Assembly: GCF_006345805.1 (NCBI RefSeq)
Contig: NC_042998.1
Location: 124,558,001-124,622,000 of the forward strand
Length of the DNA stretch: 64,000 bases
Direction of reading: 5' to 3'
Origin: Octopus sinensis
Taxonomy: Eukaryota
Within the stretch, counting starts at the first letter, position 1, and every line of letters begins with the position of its first letter. The notes beneath the pieces were generated by a model. It had not been told where the DNA came from. It ran no database searches and was given only the letters and a program-made list of their open reading frames with translations. The position numbers and the translations under genes are program-made. This document shows positions 1-13,770 of this stretch, piece by piece.

Positions 1-163
1 AAGTGGAGGGAGAACTGTAATAGTGATCACTGGAGTGATGGTGACGGTGGCGGGGATTCCAAAATAATGGATTTCCTTGGATTTCAAGGAACCCTTATGA
101 TTTAGCAAAAACTATGTCTGCACGTATACATAAAAACACACAACTATTCACATATATATGATA

Positions 164-447
164 CGAGGGTGTACCCAAAAGAACTAGAATTTTGCAATAT
201 TATTTCATTCACTTAGTTTTACATGTTTACACTTTTATCGCTTTCAAAGTATTCTCCAATTGAAGCAATGCATCGGGACAGATGCGTTGCTCACTGTTCG
301 AAGCAGTCCTGAAACTCTTGCGAAGTAATGCCTTTTAACGTCTCCGTCGTTTTCTACTTCACCTTTTCCACATCTGCACAACGTTTTCGTTTAAGAATTT
401 GTTTTCATTCAGGGGAACAGAAAAAAATTGCAGAGTGCAAGATCGGA
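164..447 (-). mobile_element. 3' fragment of a mariner transposon (transposase C-terminus plus one TIR)
   Basis: The minus strand reads PDLALCNFFLFP followed by a frameshifted C-terminal helix region, matching the mariner YSPDLAPxDFFLF motif. The TIR-like end ta|cgagggtgtacccaaaa starts at 164. Confidence 0.75.
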
Positions 448-465
448 TTTTAAGACTAGTATTTA

Positions 466-1769
466 CGAGGGGCGTTCAGTAAGTAATGCCTCTGACCCAC
501 TTGCAGTTGTTTGATCTAGCTGAAATTTTGCATGTGCAATTATTCATATCTCTATGGCAACTTACAGGTCTGAACTCCTGGCAACTTACAGGTCTGAACG
601 AATTGTAGTTTCTGATTTACAGGTATTTGAACTGAGTCAAGTGTGAAACAGAGCCTGTTGAGTGTCGATCAGTGATGCGGTTTTTGTATTTGAAAGGACG
701 CACACCACGGGAGTCTTTTGATGAAATAAAAGTAACTTATGGTGATGATGCCCCATCATATGACCTTGTAAAACTCTGGCATCGTGAATTCAAACATGGT
801 CGGAACTTTGTGGAAACAGCTCCCAGATCTGGTCACCCCCTTCTGCCATTGATGAGGCATCTGTCCGTCAAGTTGAGGCTGCCATTTTGGAAGATCGACG
901 CATAACTATTCGCTAAATAACCCATGAGGTCAAGATTAGTACCGGGTCTGTGGAAACTATCATTCATAACCATTTGCATATGCAAAAGGTGTCTGCCAGA
1001 TGGATTCCCAGGCTGCTCACACCTTTCCAGAAGCAAGAACGCGTCGATTGCGAGGATGAATTTGAAGATGTGCCAAGAAGATGAGTCAAAATTTTTCAAA
1101 AGACTGATTACGCAGGATGAAACCTGGGTCCATCACTATGATCCAGAGACCAAAGCCCAGCCAATGCAGTGGAAGCACCGTGACTCACCTCCTCCAAAGA
1201 AGGCAAGGGTACAGCCCTCCGCTGGCAAGGTCATGCTAACAGTCTTCTGGGACCAGGACGGAGTAGTGATGACAGATTTCTTGGCAAAGGGTGTCACAAT
1301 TACAGGAGTCTATTATGCTTCACTTTTGAGGAAATTAAGAGAAGCTATGAAAATCAAGAGGCGGGGCAAGATCAGCAAAGGCATCCTCCTCCTGCAGGAC
1401 AACGCTCCGATCCACAACTCGCGTGTCGCCAGATCAGAAGCACAGGCGTGCTGCTATATACTCTTCCCCCATTCTCCCTACTCTCCTGACCTGCACCCTC
1501 TGATTTTCACCTCTTCCCAGCCATGAAGTTGTCTTTGAAAGGAAAGCGTTTCCCAGATGATGCAGCCTTGATTTCTGAAGTCACGTCGTGGTTGGAGGAC
1601 CAAGCTTGGGTCTTCTACAAAAACGGTCTTCAGAGCTGCATTAAACAATGGGAGAAATGTGTAACTCTGGGTGGTTCCCATGTAGAAAAAGACTAATAAC
1701 TGTGCCAAGTTTCGTTGCTCTACTGCTATGGGAAGTGGGTCAGGGGCATTACTTATTGAACGCCCTTCG
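466..1769 (+). mobile_element. Full-length (1304 bp) decayed mariner, irritans-like
   Basis: 37-bp TIRs cgaggggcgttcagtaagtaatgcctctgacccactt (466-502) and aagtgggtcaggggcattacttattgaacgcccttcg (1733-1769) differ at 3 positions. TA flanks at 464-465 and 1770-1771. A 24-bp-period internal duplication lies at 555-599. Confidence 0.95.
672..1693 (+). pseudogene. Frameshifted mariner transposase
   Basis: HTH region MRFLYLKGRTPRE...WHREFKHGR, WIPRLL (WVPxxL motif), ITQDETWVHHYDPE, VMLTVFWDQDGV, LLLQDNAPIH, HSPYSPDL. DD34D catalytic spacing; split over several frames. Confidence 0.92.
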
Positions 1770-3901
1770 TATGGCGTATATTATGAGCAATCCATATTTT
1801 TTAGGTATGACGTTCATCGTACAGCCAAGCTCTGATCTTTTGCGTTAGTACCCTGTAGATATCTCGAAAAAGCTGAAATACAGGCTACTACAACCTTCTG
1901 ACTTTCTTAAAAGTATTAATGAAATAAGCGAAGCGAACAAACTATTAATGGTAGCAAACGTCGGCTACAAACATAGATTTCTGAAAATTTAGAATACATT
2001 GTACAGCGCTCGTCAACATTTTTAATATTCGGCAAATCATGTAAGTGGTGGGTAGAGAAATTTTCTCTGATACGAAAGTTCTCTGCATATATTATTACTA
2101 ACAACTTCTATAATGTTCTAGACGTAGATTTTAATTTACAGGACAGGATATCCAGAATTCAAATGAAACCTATTGGTTCGTTGAGAATCTATTACCATCT
2201 TTCCATTACTCAAGTTCCGAACTACTTAGAGGATGTTTCGGTTGACAAATCAAGTTTCTCGGAAACAAACCAAAATAGAGTTAAATCGGTGATCTTAATC
2301 TTTCTTTTCTTCTCCCCTTCTCTCTCACACTTTCTCTATCTATCCATTTACCTCTTCTTATGTATCTAAGACTTTGTCTCCTTATCTTTGTTAGATGAAC
2401 AATATTGAATAGATTCTTCCAGCGCTTGAAGCTTGCTTAGCTGCAGTCTTCCATATTTCTGAACAACTTTCTAATACGTCAACCAAATTAAATTGTAATA
2501 TAATAGAAATCAAGAAACCAAAGGAAAATTCGCATCTTACAATGCAAAAACTCTTAATCCTGATATCCACTTGGGTATTACAGTTAGTTTGCGTTTGAAT
2601 GTGCTTTAATTTTGGTCCATAAATACTACGCCACTCTTGGCACGTACCAAGGATTGCAGGAAAGAGTGATGCAATGTTTGTTGGCATGTAATAAATGCAT
2701 ATTTAATGTCCTATTACTAACATCATTTGCAAACTTTCTATATGAGGAAGGAATTCTGAAACGTTTCCATCTAATTTATTCGACTAGATTCTCTAAGATA
2801 ATAATTCTAATTTGAAAATTGAAAGTAAGTCGCAGTCTGTGTATAAGAATTTATCAGTGTCTTGACGAAGCGAAATAATTAGATGTAGATAGCTTTATAG
2901 AACCTATTAAACTTTCTAACTTAATGGTGCAGATTTATAGTTCAAAATACAATAGTTTTATCCGTATCATAAATATAATCCATATGCGACAATGTTTGCT
3001 TGCATACTCTTCTTAACGTGCCAGTAACACTGTTTAAGCAAGTAAAACGAAACTTTTCCGGTAGCTTGTATCCAAGAATCAATATTGTTGTGTAGCAAGC
3101 TGCCAACGTCGCCGATTTTGTAATATCTATAAACAAATATATTACTAGATATAGCTTACTGCTATAGGAATGAACGGGTGTTTTCCTACTGCTTGTGCTA
3201 AGTTCCCTTTCTTTTATGAGTGAAGTTCTCGAACACTGTTTCATCACTTCAAAGTGGATTCGACATAAGATAAAGATACTTAATTAGTGATTGTAAAACA
3301 AATTATATCTACGCATTTTATGTGACATTTTGTAGAGAGACACTCATTAAATGACACAAAAATGACGGTCTCCACAATTACAACGTGCTACATTCAGCTC
3401 CAGACACTGATTGTAGCCAATGAGGGTAGGTTTTACACTAAGCCCAGACAGAAATAAAAACGAAATTACCTACAAACTATATCCTACATCATTAAAAATA
3501 TGGAAACAGTAAACACGGTAGTCGATGTGGAAAGGAGGAAAGAAAATTTGAATAATCAGAACCAGAAGTACCGTTGACATAGGACTACAGTATGCACGCT
3601 CACGCACACACACACACATACACACACACACATATCTATATATACTAGATATAGATTATTGTTATAAAAACAGTCGGGTGTTTTCTTGCTACTTGCACTA
3701 AGTTCCATTTTTGCGTTTTCCCTCAATATAGAAACAAACACCATACCTCCATGTAATCGAAAAATTGTTAAGATATTAAGATGTTTTAACATGAAGCCAA
3801 TGGTAGCCTTAATACACAAATAAAGAAATTCTATCCACCAATGTGGTATATATATATATATATATATATACGCGAGAAAGAAGCAACAAGAATGGATAGG
3901 T

Positions 3902-3992
3902 TTTTAGTACGATCGTTTCATACAAGGACAGGTTTTATTAAAAGTTGCAAAGATTACAGCATATAAACGAGTCCCGTACTCATCAGCTAAAA
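3902..3992 (-). ncRNA. Minimal type I hammerhead ribozyme (left arm, mirror copy)
   Basis: Exact reverse complement of 4406-4496. Confidence 0.88.
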
Positions 3993-4405
3993 TACATGTA
4001 AGTTCTCCAGACATCCTAGTGTTTGAGGCTATACTCATGAAGTAATGTAGATAATTAAACAGATTTCTAAAGTTCATTAAAGTTCTTTAAAGATGATGCA
4101 TAGTCTTATCACAGAATTTTAAAAAAGTTTTGATAGCATCACAGAGAAGGTGACCTAATCCATATGAATTTCCATAGATATGATGAGGGATTGATGTGAG
4201 TATATAATCCCTCATCATATCTATGGAAATTCATATGGATTAGGTCACCTTCTCTGTGATGCTATCAAAACTTTTTTAAAATTCTGTGATAAGACTATGC
4301 ATCATCTTTAAAGAACTTTAATGAACTTTAGAAATCTGTTTAATTATCTACATTACTTCATGAGTATAGCCTCAAACACTAGGATGTCTGGAGAACTTAC
4401 ATGTA

Positions 4406-4496
4406 TTTTAGCTGATGAGTACGGGACTCGTTTATATGCTGTAATCTTTGCAACTTTTAATAAAACCTGTCCTTGTATGAAACGATCGTACTAAAA
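4406..4496 (+). ncRNA. Minimal type I hammerhead ribozyme (right arm)
   Basis: Stem I ttttag/ctaaaa; core CTGATGA (4412-4418); stem II gtacgggac...gtccttgtat with a long loop; GAAAC (4479-4483); palindromic stem III ACGATCGT; GUA triplet, predicted cleavage after 4490. Confidence 0.88.
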
Positions 4497-4958
4497 ACCT
4501 ATCCATTCTTGTTGCTTCTTTCTCGCTTATAATCACCCCACATTACTGTATTGTTAAATCAGTATAGTTTTTTTTGGTGCATCTAAGTTAGGTACCATAT
4601 TCAAGTAAATTTTTTAAATTAACTTGAATCTTTATTGCTCTTTGTATATATATATATATATATACATACATGTATATGTATACACACACACACGAGGGCG
4701 CTGAAAATGTCCTACCTATAAAGATATCGCGAAAGACCTGACTGGAGGCCCAACATTCCAAGCTCTTTAATAGGGCGTAGAAAAACTGAAGGACTGCTGC
4801 AATAATTCGTGTATCTGAGAGGGGAATTCCCTGAATAAAATCATAATTAACTGACCTTCCTGTATTTTCTTTTACCCAAAGCCAGGAACCTTCCTGCACC
4901 CCCTCATGTGAATGTGTAAATATAAATATATACATATACACGCATGTGTGAGTGTGTC

Positions 4959-5044
<86 letters not shown>

Positions 5045-5104
5045 CATGTGTGTATGCGTCTATGTATACGTGTATGTATATATATGTATATATGTATATA
5101 TATA

Positions 5105-8100
5105 TGTTATAAAATTTTGCGTATAGTAACATTGTTTTTGGAGAAATAACCGGTTTCGTATTTTCTTTTCAAATTTCTCATTATCCTCGATACACCATAA
5201 ATAGAAATCAACTACAACCACCATTTTTGAATAACACAAAACTAAACAGGGAACAAGCTGATAGCCAACCCATTTATGAAATAGATCACACTAAATCTAA
5301 AGATCATCCATACACAAGGAACAGAACACACAAACAACGTCCCAATACCAAGCGTAACCACCCCATAACAACACAAATCAACACTAGGATAAGAAATACA
5401 CCACGTACCAGGCACTACTACCCCATGACCCAAAATTACTGGTTCCTACCGAACACAAGAACAGCACAAAATAACACTAGATCAAGAAACATCCCGCATA
5501 CAAGAACCTCCAAACAAAAATATACCTCATACAGAAATGTTACACACATCACTAGCCAAAACACACATAGTCACCCCCACACACATAAATATCTGAGGCA
5601 ACAATACCACCATTCCCCCGGACCAATCCCGTACAACCTCACAGACAGCTCATGCAAAGAAAATTGCAACCAACATATTTTAGCCCCTGATCAGGGACAC
5701 CTGGTAATAAGGAAAACCGAAGATAAACTAAATCACTTTCAAGCACAAAAATAGACATCGTCTCAAAAGTATTAAAATTCACTCCAACTCCACGCTAAGT
5801 CAACCAAAATGAAGCGAAGGACAGTATAATAGAATTCTGTAGAAAAGTAAGACTCACAGAAGCATTAACCAATTACAATAAGGAAAATGACTCACTAGTC
5901 AAAAGCAAAAGTGAACGCATCTCCCTCAAAGGAGAACATATAAAGCTTGATGAATTCTACAACCACATTGAGAACTTTCCCTACCACACCATGCATAAAT
6001 AGACAGTTAACTCAAACTTTAGCACTACACAATGAAGGAAGTAACAGAACTTCAAAATAATGAAGATATAACGATTAAGGAAGCAGATAAAGGAAGTGTA
6101 GTGGTAATAATGGACACATTATACTATAGAAATCTAGTAGTCTCCATGCTTAATGACAGTCATCATTACGAAAAATCACAAGCCACACCCCGCAAAAAAT
6201 AATACAAACTTTGTCCTTATTAATTAAAACCCATGGAAAAGAACTGACAACCAAACAAATTGACTTTCTAAAAAAACTTTAAATACAAACCTAACCTTTT
6301 CTTTGGACTACCAAAAATCCATAAAAAGCCAGATTATAAATAAAACCATTAAAACTCACCAAAGATGTACATACATATACCAAACACAGGGGACCTAAAA
6401 CTACGACCCATTACAGCTGGTCCAGCCTGTGAAACACACAGACTAAGTATATTTATGGATATCCTCCTGGAACCCATCCTTAAACACATCAATAGCCATA
6501 TCAGAGATATGTTAAATCACCCCCTACCCAAACGTCAAGGAAGAAACAATCATGGTTTCCTTTGATGTAATTAATTTATATACCAGTATACCTCATGATT
6601 ATGGGCTAGAGGCAATCCAGTTCTCACTGGAGCAAATTCCAGAAGAAATATCAGAAAGGATCAGCAAAGAATTCATAATTTAATCGGTTGAATTAATTCT
6701 ACGAAACAACCACTTCATGTTTGACAATACGATTTATCTACAAAAATTTCGAATTGCTATGGGCACTTGGGCAGCCACAGTCATTGCAAACCTAACAACA
6801 GGTAATCTGGATATACTAATATACCAGGAATCTTTATCTACCTTTGGAAACCCCATTTCTCAATACATAAACGAAAATTGGAAAAGATTCGTAGACGACT
6901 ATTTCATACTCTGGAATGAAAACACAGACAAACTCCTGAAATTCAAAGACTATTGAACAGCGTCAACCCACTCATACAGTTCACAATAGAGCACAACCAA
7001 ACGGAGCTCCCATTCGTGGATATACTAATTTAAGAAATAAGCTTAAAAATAGAAACGGACATATTTTACAAATCCACTGACGCCAAACAATATCTACTAT
7101 TTAATTCATGCCACCCAAGACTCAACAAAACAAACATCCCTTTCAACCTTGTAAGAAGGATATGCAAAATAGTGTCAGAAAAATACCGGAGGTTTTAGAC
7201 GGCAAGAACTCAAAAACACCCTAATTGACAGACACTACCCAGTTCAACTCATAGAGGATGGAATTAGACGTGCAACACAAATCGACATAGAAACCTTAAG
7301 AAAAGTTCAACACAGCAACACAGCTTCCCCGAAAATACTGCTGTACATATCCACATAAACCCCAGAAACAAAGAGGCCTTCACCATCATTACCCCAAATT
7401 TACCAATGCTGCACAAGGACTCAAAATTAAAGGAAACATACATAAGATCCTTAAAAGCCACAAACAACCAAAATCACTAAAAAAAGATCCTCACAAACGC
7501 AAAAATATTTTCTAAAATAACGGACGCAAAAGTGAAAAAATGTGGTCGACTAAATTGTGCAACATACCGAAACCTTCTAGAAGGATCAGAATTCCTTTTC
7601 AAAGAGTGGCAAAAATTCAAAATTAAATTTGACTTTACTTGTGCTTCAGAAAAACTGATTTATGTTATAAGATGCTCGGGCTGCCATCCAAAACTACATA
7701 GGGCCCATGGGATTATCACTCAGATGCAGGTGCACTCTACACCGACAGCAGATTGCATTTCCAGAATACAGAATGTTACCCTTTAGTGAACATATTGAGA
7801 AATGCGCAAAACAACTGCTACCACAATTTGTAATCTTTCCATTCTATCATTGTGCCATTGGAACACCAACACAAGTTAGATAGATTAAATAAAGAAACCT
7901 TCTTCATTGAAAAATATAAGACAAAACCTAACCATTTCTAATATTTTTGAATAAGAAAACTCAACTCATTGAAAAAAATATAAAGCAAAACCTAACCACT
8001 CGTAAAATTCTATTCCTTCTAAACCAAATCATGTTAAATTAATAAAACCTAGTAATTCCCAACATTTTTTATTATTTCCTTTATACCGGAAAAATCCCTG

Positions 8101-8250
8101 ATTACCTTCCCCTGTCTGGAACTCCATATTTCACAACATAGCAAACACATAATACAATATAGGTTAAGAAATTTGAGAAATTTGGAAAGAAAATACAAAA
8201 CCGGTTATTTCTCAAAAACCAATGCTACTATACGGAAGAATTTTATAACA
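5105..8250 (+). mobile_element. Penelope-like element (RT + GIY-YIG endonuclease), decayed, bounded by a short inverted terminal segment
   Basis: RT motifs ITIKEADKGSVVVIMD (about 6070), FFGLPKIHK (about 6300), LRPITAGP, MVSFDVINLYTSIPH (about 6550), IAMGT, WKRFVDDYFILW, LPFVDIL. Endonuclease region KCGRLNCATY, FTCASEKLIYVIRCSGC, FFIEKYK (about 7900). 5105-5180 is an imperfect inverted copy of 8174-8250. Confidence 0.9.
5227..7940 (+). pseudogene. Penelope-like RT/GIY-YIG polyprotein, with many stops and frameshifts
   Basis: Motifs as listed for the element, spread over ORF fragments 5227-5754, 6365-6565, 6717-6956 and 7532-7786. Confidence 0.85.
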
Positions 8251-8391
8251 TTTTTCTAACATAACGATTTAAATATATTGTTTAACCATATAACACAAGC
8301 CGTCTGTAGTTTTTTCACTCTATTTTGTCTTTTATACCTGCAATCACGTGCTTTCACATACCAACTCTCTCACCTATATATGTATATATAT

Positions 8392-8435
<44 letters not shown>

Positions 8436-8979
8436 GAGAGAGAAGTTGTGCGTTTGAAGAAACATATTTGCATTTCTGTGAGGAGGAATGAAGGCGCGTC
8501 TGTGTACAACTGTATGTTCTATTAAATCTTAAATTGTAAACTATATTAAACTTCAGTAAATTTTGTTGCCCTCAGTAGAAATTTGTCCAAAAAGAGGGCG
8601 AATTTCACTTTCAGTCGAAACCGATTATTCTTTTGCGCTAATTGTTGCAATATATACATTTTTTTATTATTTTTATTATTTCTATTTCATAATTTATGTT
8701 CCGTGTGATTCACCTTTCACTAAAATATTTCATTGCAGGTGACGAAATCAGCTGGAAAGATTCTGTGGCCATATACACATTATTTTCTTCCTTCACTCTG
8801 CTGTCCATGTTTTATATTTGTTCATATTTTCTTATGTTTTATTTCTTTATTTTAGTCCTGTATGTATTTTTATGTTTACTTTATTGGTTAGAGAGTGAGC
8901 GTGAAGAAAAACAATCTTTTGATCGTAGTACAAAATAATATATAAAAATATAAACACCAACAACGCAGCAACAACAGCA

Positions 8980-9073
8980 GTAATTTTATCATAGCGACAA
9001 CAACAATAATGATGATGATGATGGTAATGATGATGATGCTGCTGCTGATGATGACGATGACGATGATGATGAT

Positions 9074-9138
<65 letters not shown>

Positions 9139-9156
9139 TGATAATAATAATAATTT
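8980..9156. repeat. Compound trinucleotide microsatellite (CAA/GAT/TAA)n
   Basis: Direct reading of the sequence. Confidence 0.95.
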
Positions 9157-9913
9157 TACAAGAGCTCAAACAAAATAAAATATAAACAACCCCAGATTAA
9201 AATAAAAAGTAATAATAGTGATGAAGATAAAATATATATAAGTAAAAACAAAAATGCAATACCAATCAATACCTGACGATCGGTTTTATTATCAAATATT
9301 TAATATTCACAGTGAACAAATACAAATAAAACATAGACTTCAGTAACAGTTTGGCGAGTGAGAATGAACATCTCACTCTTCTAGGAACGAGCACTTTCAA
9401 TAAATAGATAAATATCTTCATCATCAAACAACTAATACTCATCTAAACGGAAACGATTTGAATACAAACCAGTGGCTGGTACTTCATCCTACACAAAACT
9501 TTCGTTGACTTCCGTGTGTACATGTGTGTGTATCTGCGCGTGTATGTGTGTGGGTACAAGCCACACTCACATTCACATTCACATGCTTAAGTATTTACGC
9601 ATCTATGTACGCATATATTTTTGCGTGTATGAGTGTGCACGTGTGTCTATACCTATCCGAGTAGGTATGGATATATCTGTGTGCGTATAATACATGAATG
9701 CATGTTTATATTATTATACACACACGCACTCATACATATCTACATACAAATATATAATATATATATATAGAGAGAGAGAGAGCGGGGAGAGAGAGTTACA
9801 CACACGTGTATATGTACATGTATGTACATATATATATATATATATAATATATATATATATACATATATATACAGGCGTATACACATAAATTACACACAAT
9901 CAGACACATACAC

Positions 9914-10030
<117 letters not shown>

Positions 10031-11461
10031 GTGTGTGTGTGTGTCTATATGTATTTAAGGGTATGCATTACCTTCTAAATTTTCTTGTCTGATTATTAGT
10101 TTTTTTTTCTATAAAATTTATATATGCATTTAATGTTTTGAAATAGAAACTACTTTTAGGTTTATTTCCTGCTGTATCCTTTATCCAATCTCTATTCCGT
10201 TGAATAAGAATCTGCATTTCCCTTTATAGTTCTCCAAACATTACACTTTATGTATTTATTAAAGGATAATGTGTATAAAACATATGAACGGCATGCTATT
10301 AAAGATTCTAATCTATAGATACTTTGAATGAGAATTCTGTCTTTTCAAATCAATATTTATAATTTATTGATGATATAGTAATCTTTAATTCCTCAAAATC
10401 TAAGTTTAATAAGCTTAGTATAACGCTGATGTGTGTGATGGACGATGTTACATTCAGTGTTTATACGTAACGCTATTTCAATTCCAAGCTGAACCAAATA
10501 CTTCACATATGCCATTAATATATCTGAGAAAATTAAATGCTTTTTCAACGTTTCATACCGCTCTCCTACTGAAATATAGAATATTTTTACTGAATCAAAA
10601 AAGGTTGGTATGATATTTACTAATCATTGTAATTCGCGGTTGATATAATTTATTGTTTAGTTTAACAGTCACACAAGGTCCATCGGTACACTTAGCGGAT
10701 TCATTCTATTGTAAACATTCGATTAAATATTCAATTGGTGATTAATTTCCTTTTATCTCCATTCTGATCTTGGAGATCCTGAAGAGTGTTACGCTCCTTC
10801 TTCCTATACCTAAGCTATAAATATACTTTTTAAAAGATGCAACTCAGCTTAATGCATGAGCGTCGGTTCATACCCTGACACCGACATAGTACAGAGTCTC
10901 GTAGATCCCAGATATTTCACAAGGTAATCAATTTAGTTACCTTACAACACACTGCAATAAGTAACAAACAAATCGAAATTTAAAAAGTTAAATTTCGTAT
11001 TGTCACTGCTCAGTCGTATTTTTTCTTTGGGGTTCAAGTTGAAATGTGATGTTCTACTCATGTTGATTTACCCAGATGCACTACATAAAAACAAATTCTT
11101 CAGTGGTATGCTTCTTAAAAACTAAATGTAGTTAATAGACTACGTACAGTAATCGTCGTAATACTATTGTATTTTACGCCAAGCATGAGTAAATTCCATG
11201 TTGAAACTTCTCCATGTGATTTATCTATGCAATTCTATTTTTCCATATTCTTGAATAAAATAAAATTGAAGAGTACTACTAATGAATGTAAAAGATGGGA
11301 TCTTACGCTAAGAACAGCAACGACAAAAAAATATATATGCAATACGTAACCAAATTTTCTAAAATTCTTAAAATAGCTGGCGTATTTTAAGGTAAATTCT
11401 TCAAGAGAAAATGGTTGGACGGAAATCAGTCAATAGCTGTCAAAATGAATATACATCCTGC

Positions 11462-11590
11462 TCATCACTGTCATCATCATCATCATCATCATCGTCGTCG
11501 TCGCCCTCGTCGTCGTCGTCGTCGTCGTCATCATCATCATCACCATCATTATCACCATCATCATTGCCATTATCATTATCATGTCCATTA
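11462..11590. repeat. Compound (CAT)n/(CGT)n microsatellite
   Basis: Direct reading; it explains the poly-His, poly-Arg, poly-Ser and poly-Asp ORFs. Confidence 0.95.
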
Positions 11591-13585
11591 TCCTGATAAG
11601 TTGATTGGGATAAATAAACTACATAGTGCCAGTGTACATTCTTTCTACCATTTTCTGAAATCTCTGTGCATTCTGAGCACAGATCCCATCGGTGTAAACA
11701 TAAGCTCTTGAAAGATAATGGCAATATTTTCCTGAAATACGAAAATCTTCAAAAACCATCATCTGACAAACGAAGTTACGTTTGAAGGAGTTTTAATATT
11801 TCAATAAAACACAAATATATCTGACGATGCTTGAATAACCTGATAGATTGTTTACAGAGATATTTTCGGGTCGTTACCTGGAAAAGATATTTCTGTAGCT
11901 GGCATAGAATCATTCCAAGAATTCGGTCAGCCACACCCATTTCGAATGATATAAGCCTGCATTACCGTGTCATATTAAATTAAACTGAAGCATGAGATCT
12001 AACAGAAAGCAAAAGAACGTAAACAAACAATGCAAAACATTACATTTGAAAGAATGAAAGATTGAAATTTTTTAAAAGAAACTGCTCCACACAGCTCCAT
12101 ACACACTCCACACACACACTTACGCGCGTATGTATATGTATTTGTGCGTGTGTATGTGTGTGCAAAGATAGATTAATAGACAGACAGACAGACAGACGGA
12201 TAGATAGATAAAAGCTTCGAAAATTTGACATCACTGCACTAACTTGTGCATTATTCGTTATAGTTTAATTAATATTAAGTAATGTTTACAAAAATAAGAG
12301 ATTTTGTTGCCCAGGTATCTAGTTGGTAATTATTTAGGTTATATTGCTAATATATTGTAGGTAAGGTAAAATAGATAAGACTAATAATGCCTTAGGGCTA
12401 TGCAACAATGTAATAAAATCTCGTTCCATCAACTTCAATGATAGTGGAACCCACACCAGGAATCAATATCCAGTAAAAATCTTATATACATTCATAAATG
12501 CGTTACACGGAGGCTAATATAAGTGCATTGATAAAAAGAGAGAGAGAGATTGAGAGGAAGGAAGGGAGTGAGAGAGAGATCTGACATAAATTGTATAAAT
12601 TGTCATTATTGCATGTTGCATAATAACAGTTCTGAAAATTCCAGAAAATCAAATTACTAGCGTTAAGTGATGTATTCAAGTTTATTTACTGAGGCGAAAC
12701 CGATACAAACATTAAATGCGTAGGCTTCACTATCCTTTCAATGTATCATCATTGATTTTCAAAGAAACAATTTCAATGAAACCTTTCTTGATTTCTAGTT
12801 AAGTTTCATGTAAGCAGTATAATTAATGTAATTCCGGATTTCTCTTTGACGATTTTGAATATATATTTTTTTTATTATTTACTGTTGCTGCTATTATTTT
12901 ATTTTTCGTTGTTTTCGATTTTTCTTTGCCTGTAATTGTTTCTTTGTTGCTGTTATTTTGTTTTACTTTTTGTTCTCTGCTTTAAAATTTTCGTTCATTA
13001 TATTTTTAGATCTACATGGATATTTCATGGTTTTATCAAAGAGTTGATTGATGCGCCGGGTGTATTATTTACTAGGCTGAGACATTTAAAAGAAATTTCT
13101 AAAAGAAAAGATAACATTATTTAAATTTGGCTTCTCTTGGTTGACTTAAATCGCAGTGGCTCAAATCACACTTTACATTCTCTTTCTTTGACAGATGATT
13201 CAGTGATGTACATTTTCTTATTTTCTTTCTCAAATTCTTACTTTCTTTACATTGAGCTAAACATCTTCATCGCTCTATTATTTGCGTGTGTATTTGTGTG
13301 TAGCGGGTGGGGTGTATGGATCTCCGTCGATTTCGACGTGGCGATTTTATGTGTTCGATCAAGTAAAAGTGGCTGAGCACGTCATACACACGAGTACCTT
13401 TAATGTTCTTCTAAGACAGAATCGCCGTTACATTGTATGACAAGTCTGTACTATGAATTATTCCCATAGTCAGCTCTACGGGCTTCTATATGCAATTCTA
13501 CTCGATGTTTATGCGTCAACATGTGGCTATGGGAGATGACACAATCTGATGTAAGTCTCTTTCCATGTTTGGAAAAGTTACATAT

Positions 13586-13770
13586 ATGGCTGCGGGATTA
13601 AAATTCGCTTTGCATCTATTTGGTTTGGGGTTCAGTCACACTGCACGGTATCTTGGACAAGTACCTTCTACGTACCTATCAGGGTGAATCGATACGTTGG
13701 GAGTGAATTTGGTAGACATAAACTGCGTCGAAGCCCATCGTATCTATGTTTGTATATTTGTTCTCCCCAC
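13586..13770 (+). mobile_element. Degenerate tRNA-derived SINE, 5' part
   Basis: gggttcagtcacactgcacggtatcttggacaagtaccttctac...tttggtagacataaactg...gaagccc; similar to the minus-strand copy at 27963-28093 and the copy at 41519. Confidence 0.6.

Larger units (their letters stand above)
3872..4526. repeat. Perfect fold-back palindrome: 321-bp arms and a 13-nt loop
   Basis: 3872-4192 is the reverse complement of 4206-4526, with no mismatch found on manual comparison. Loop gatgtgagtatat at 4193-4205. Confidence 0.97.

Noticed and set aside
1860-2560. Possible host exons: AG acceptors at about 1859, 2142 and 2394, a GTAAGT donor at about 2041, and peptides such as QDIQNSNETYWFVENLLPSF
   Set aside because: Every frame hits stops, no consistent exon chain can be built, and no protein family is recognised. 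RNA-seq or a homology search would be needed.
4588-5149. Long ORFs of YIYI, CVCV or THTH type here and at many other loci (about 9800, 28400-29200, 45200-45600, 57000-57300, 59300-59950)
   Set aside because: They are translations of (TA)n, (GT)n, (CA)n and (GATA)n microsatellites, not genes.
11411-11724. Poly-His/Arg, poly-Ser and poly-Asp ORFs
   Set aside because: Compound trinucleotide microsatellite with no flanking coding signal.
13020-13100. ttgatgcgcc...aggctgagacattt, resembling a hammerhead
   Set aside because: Too many core deviations and no clear stem I.
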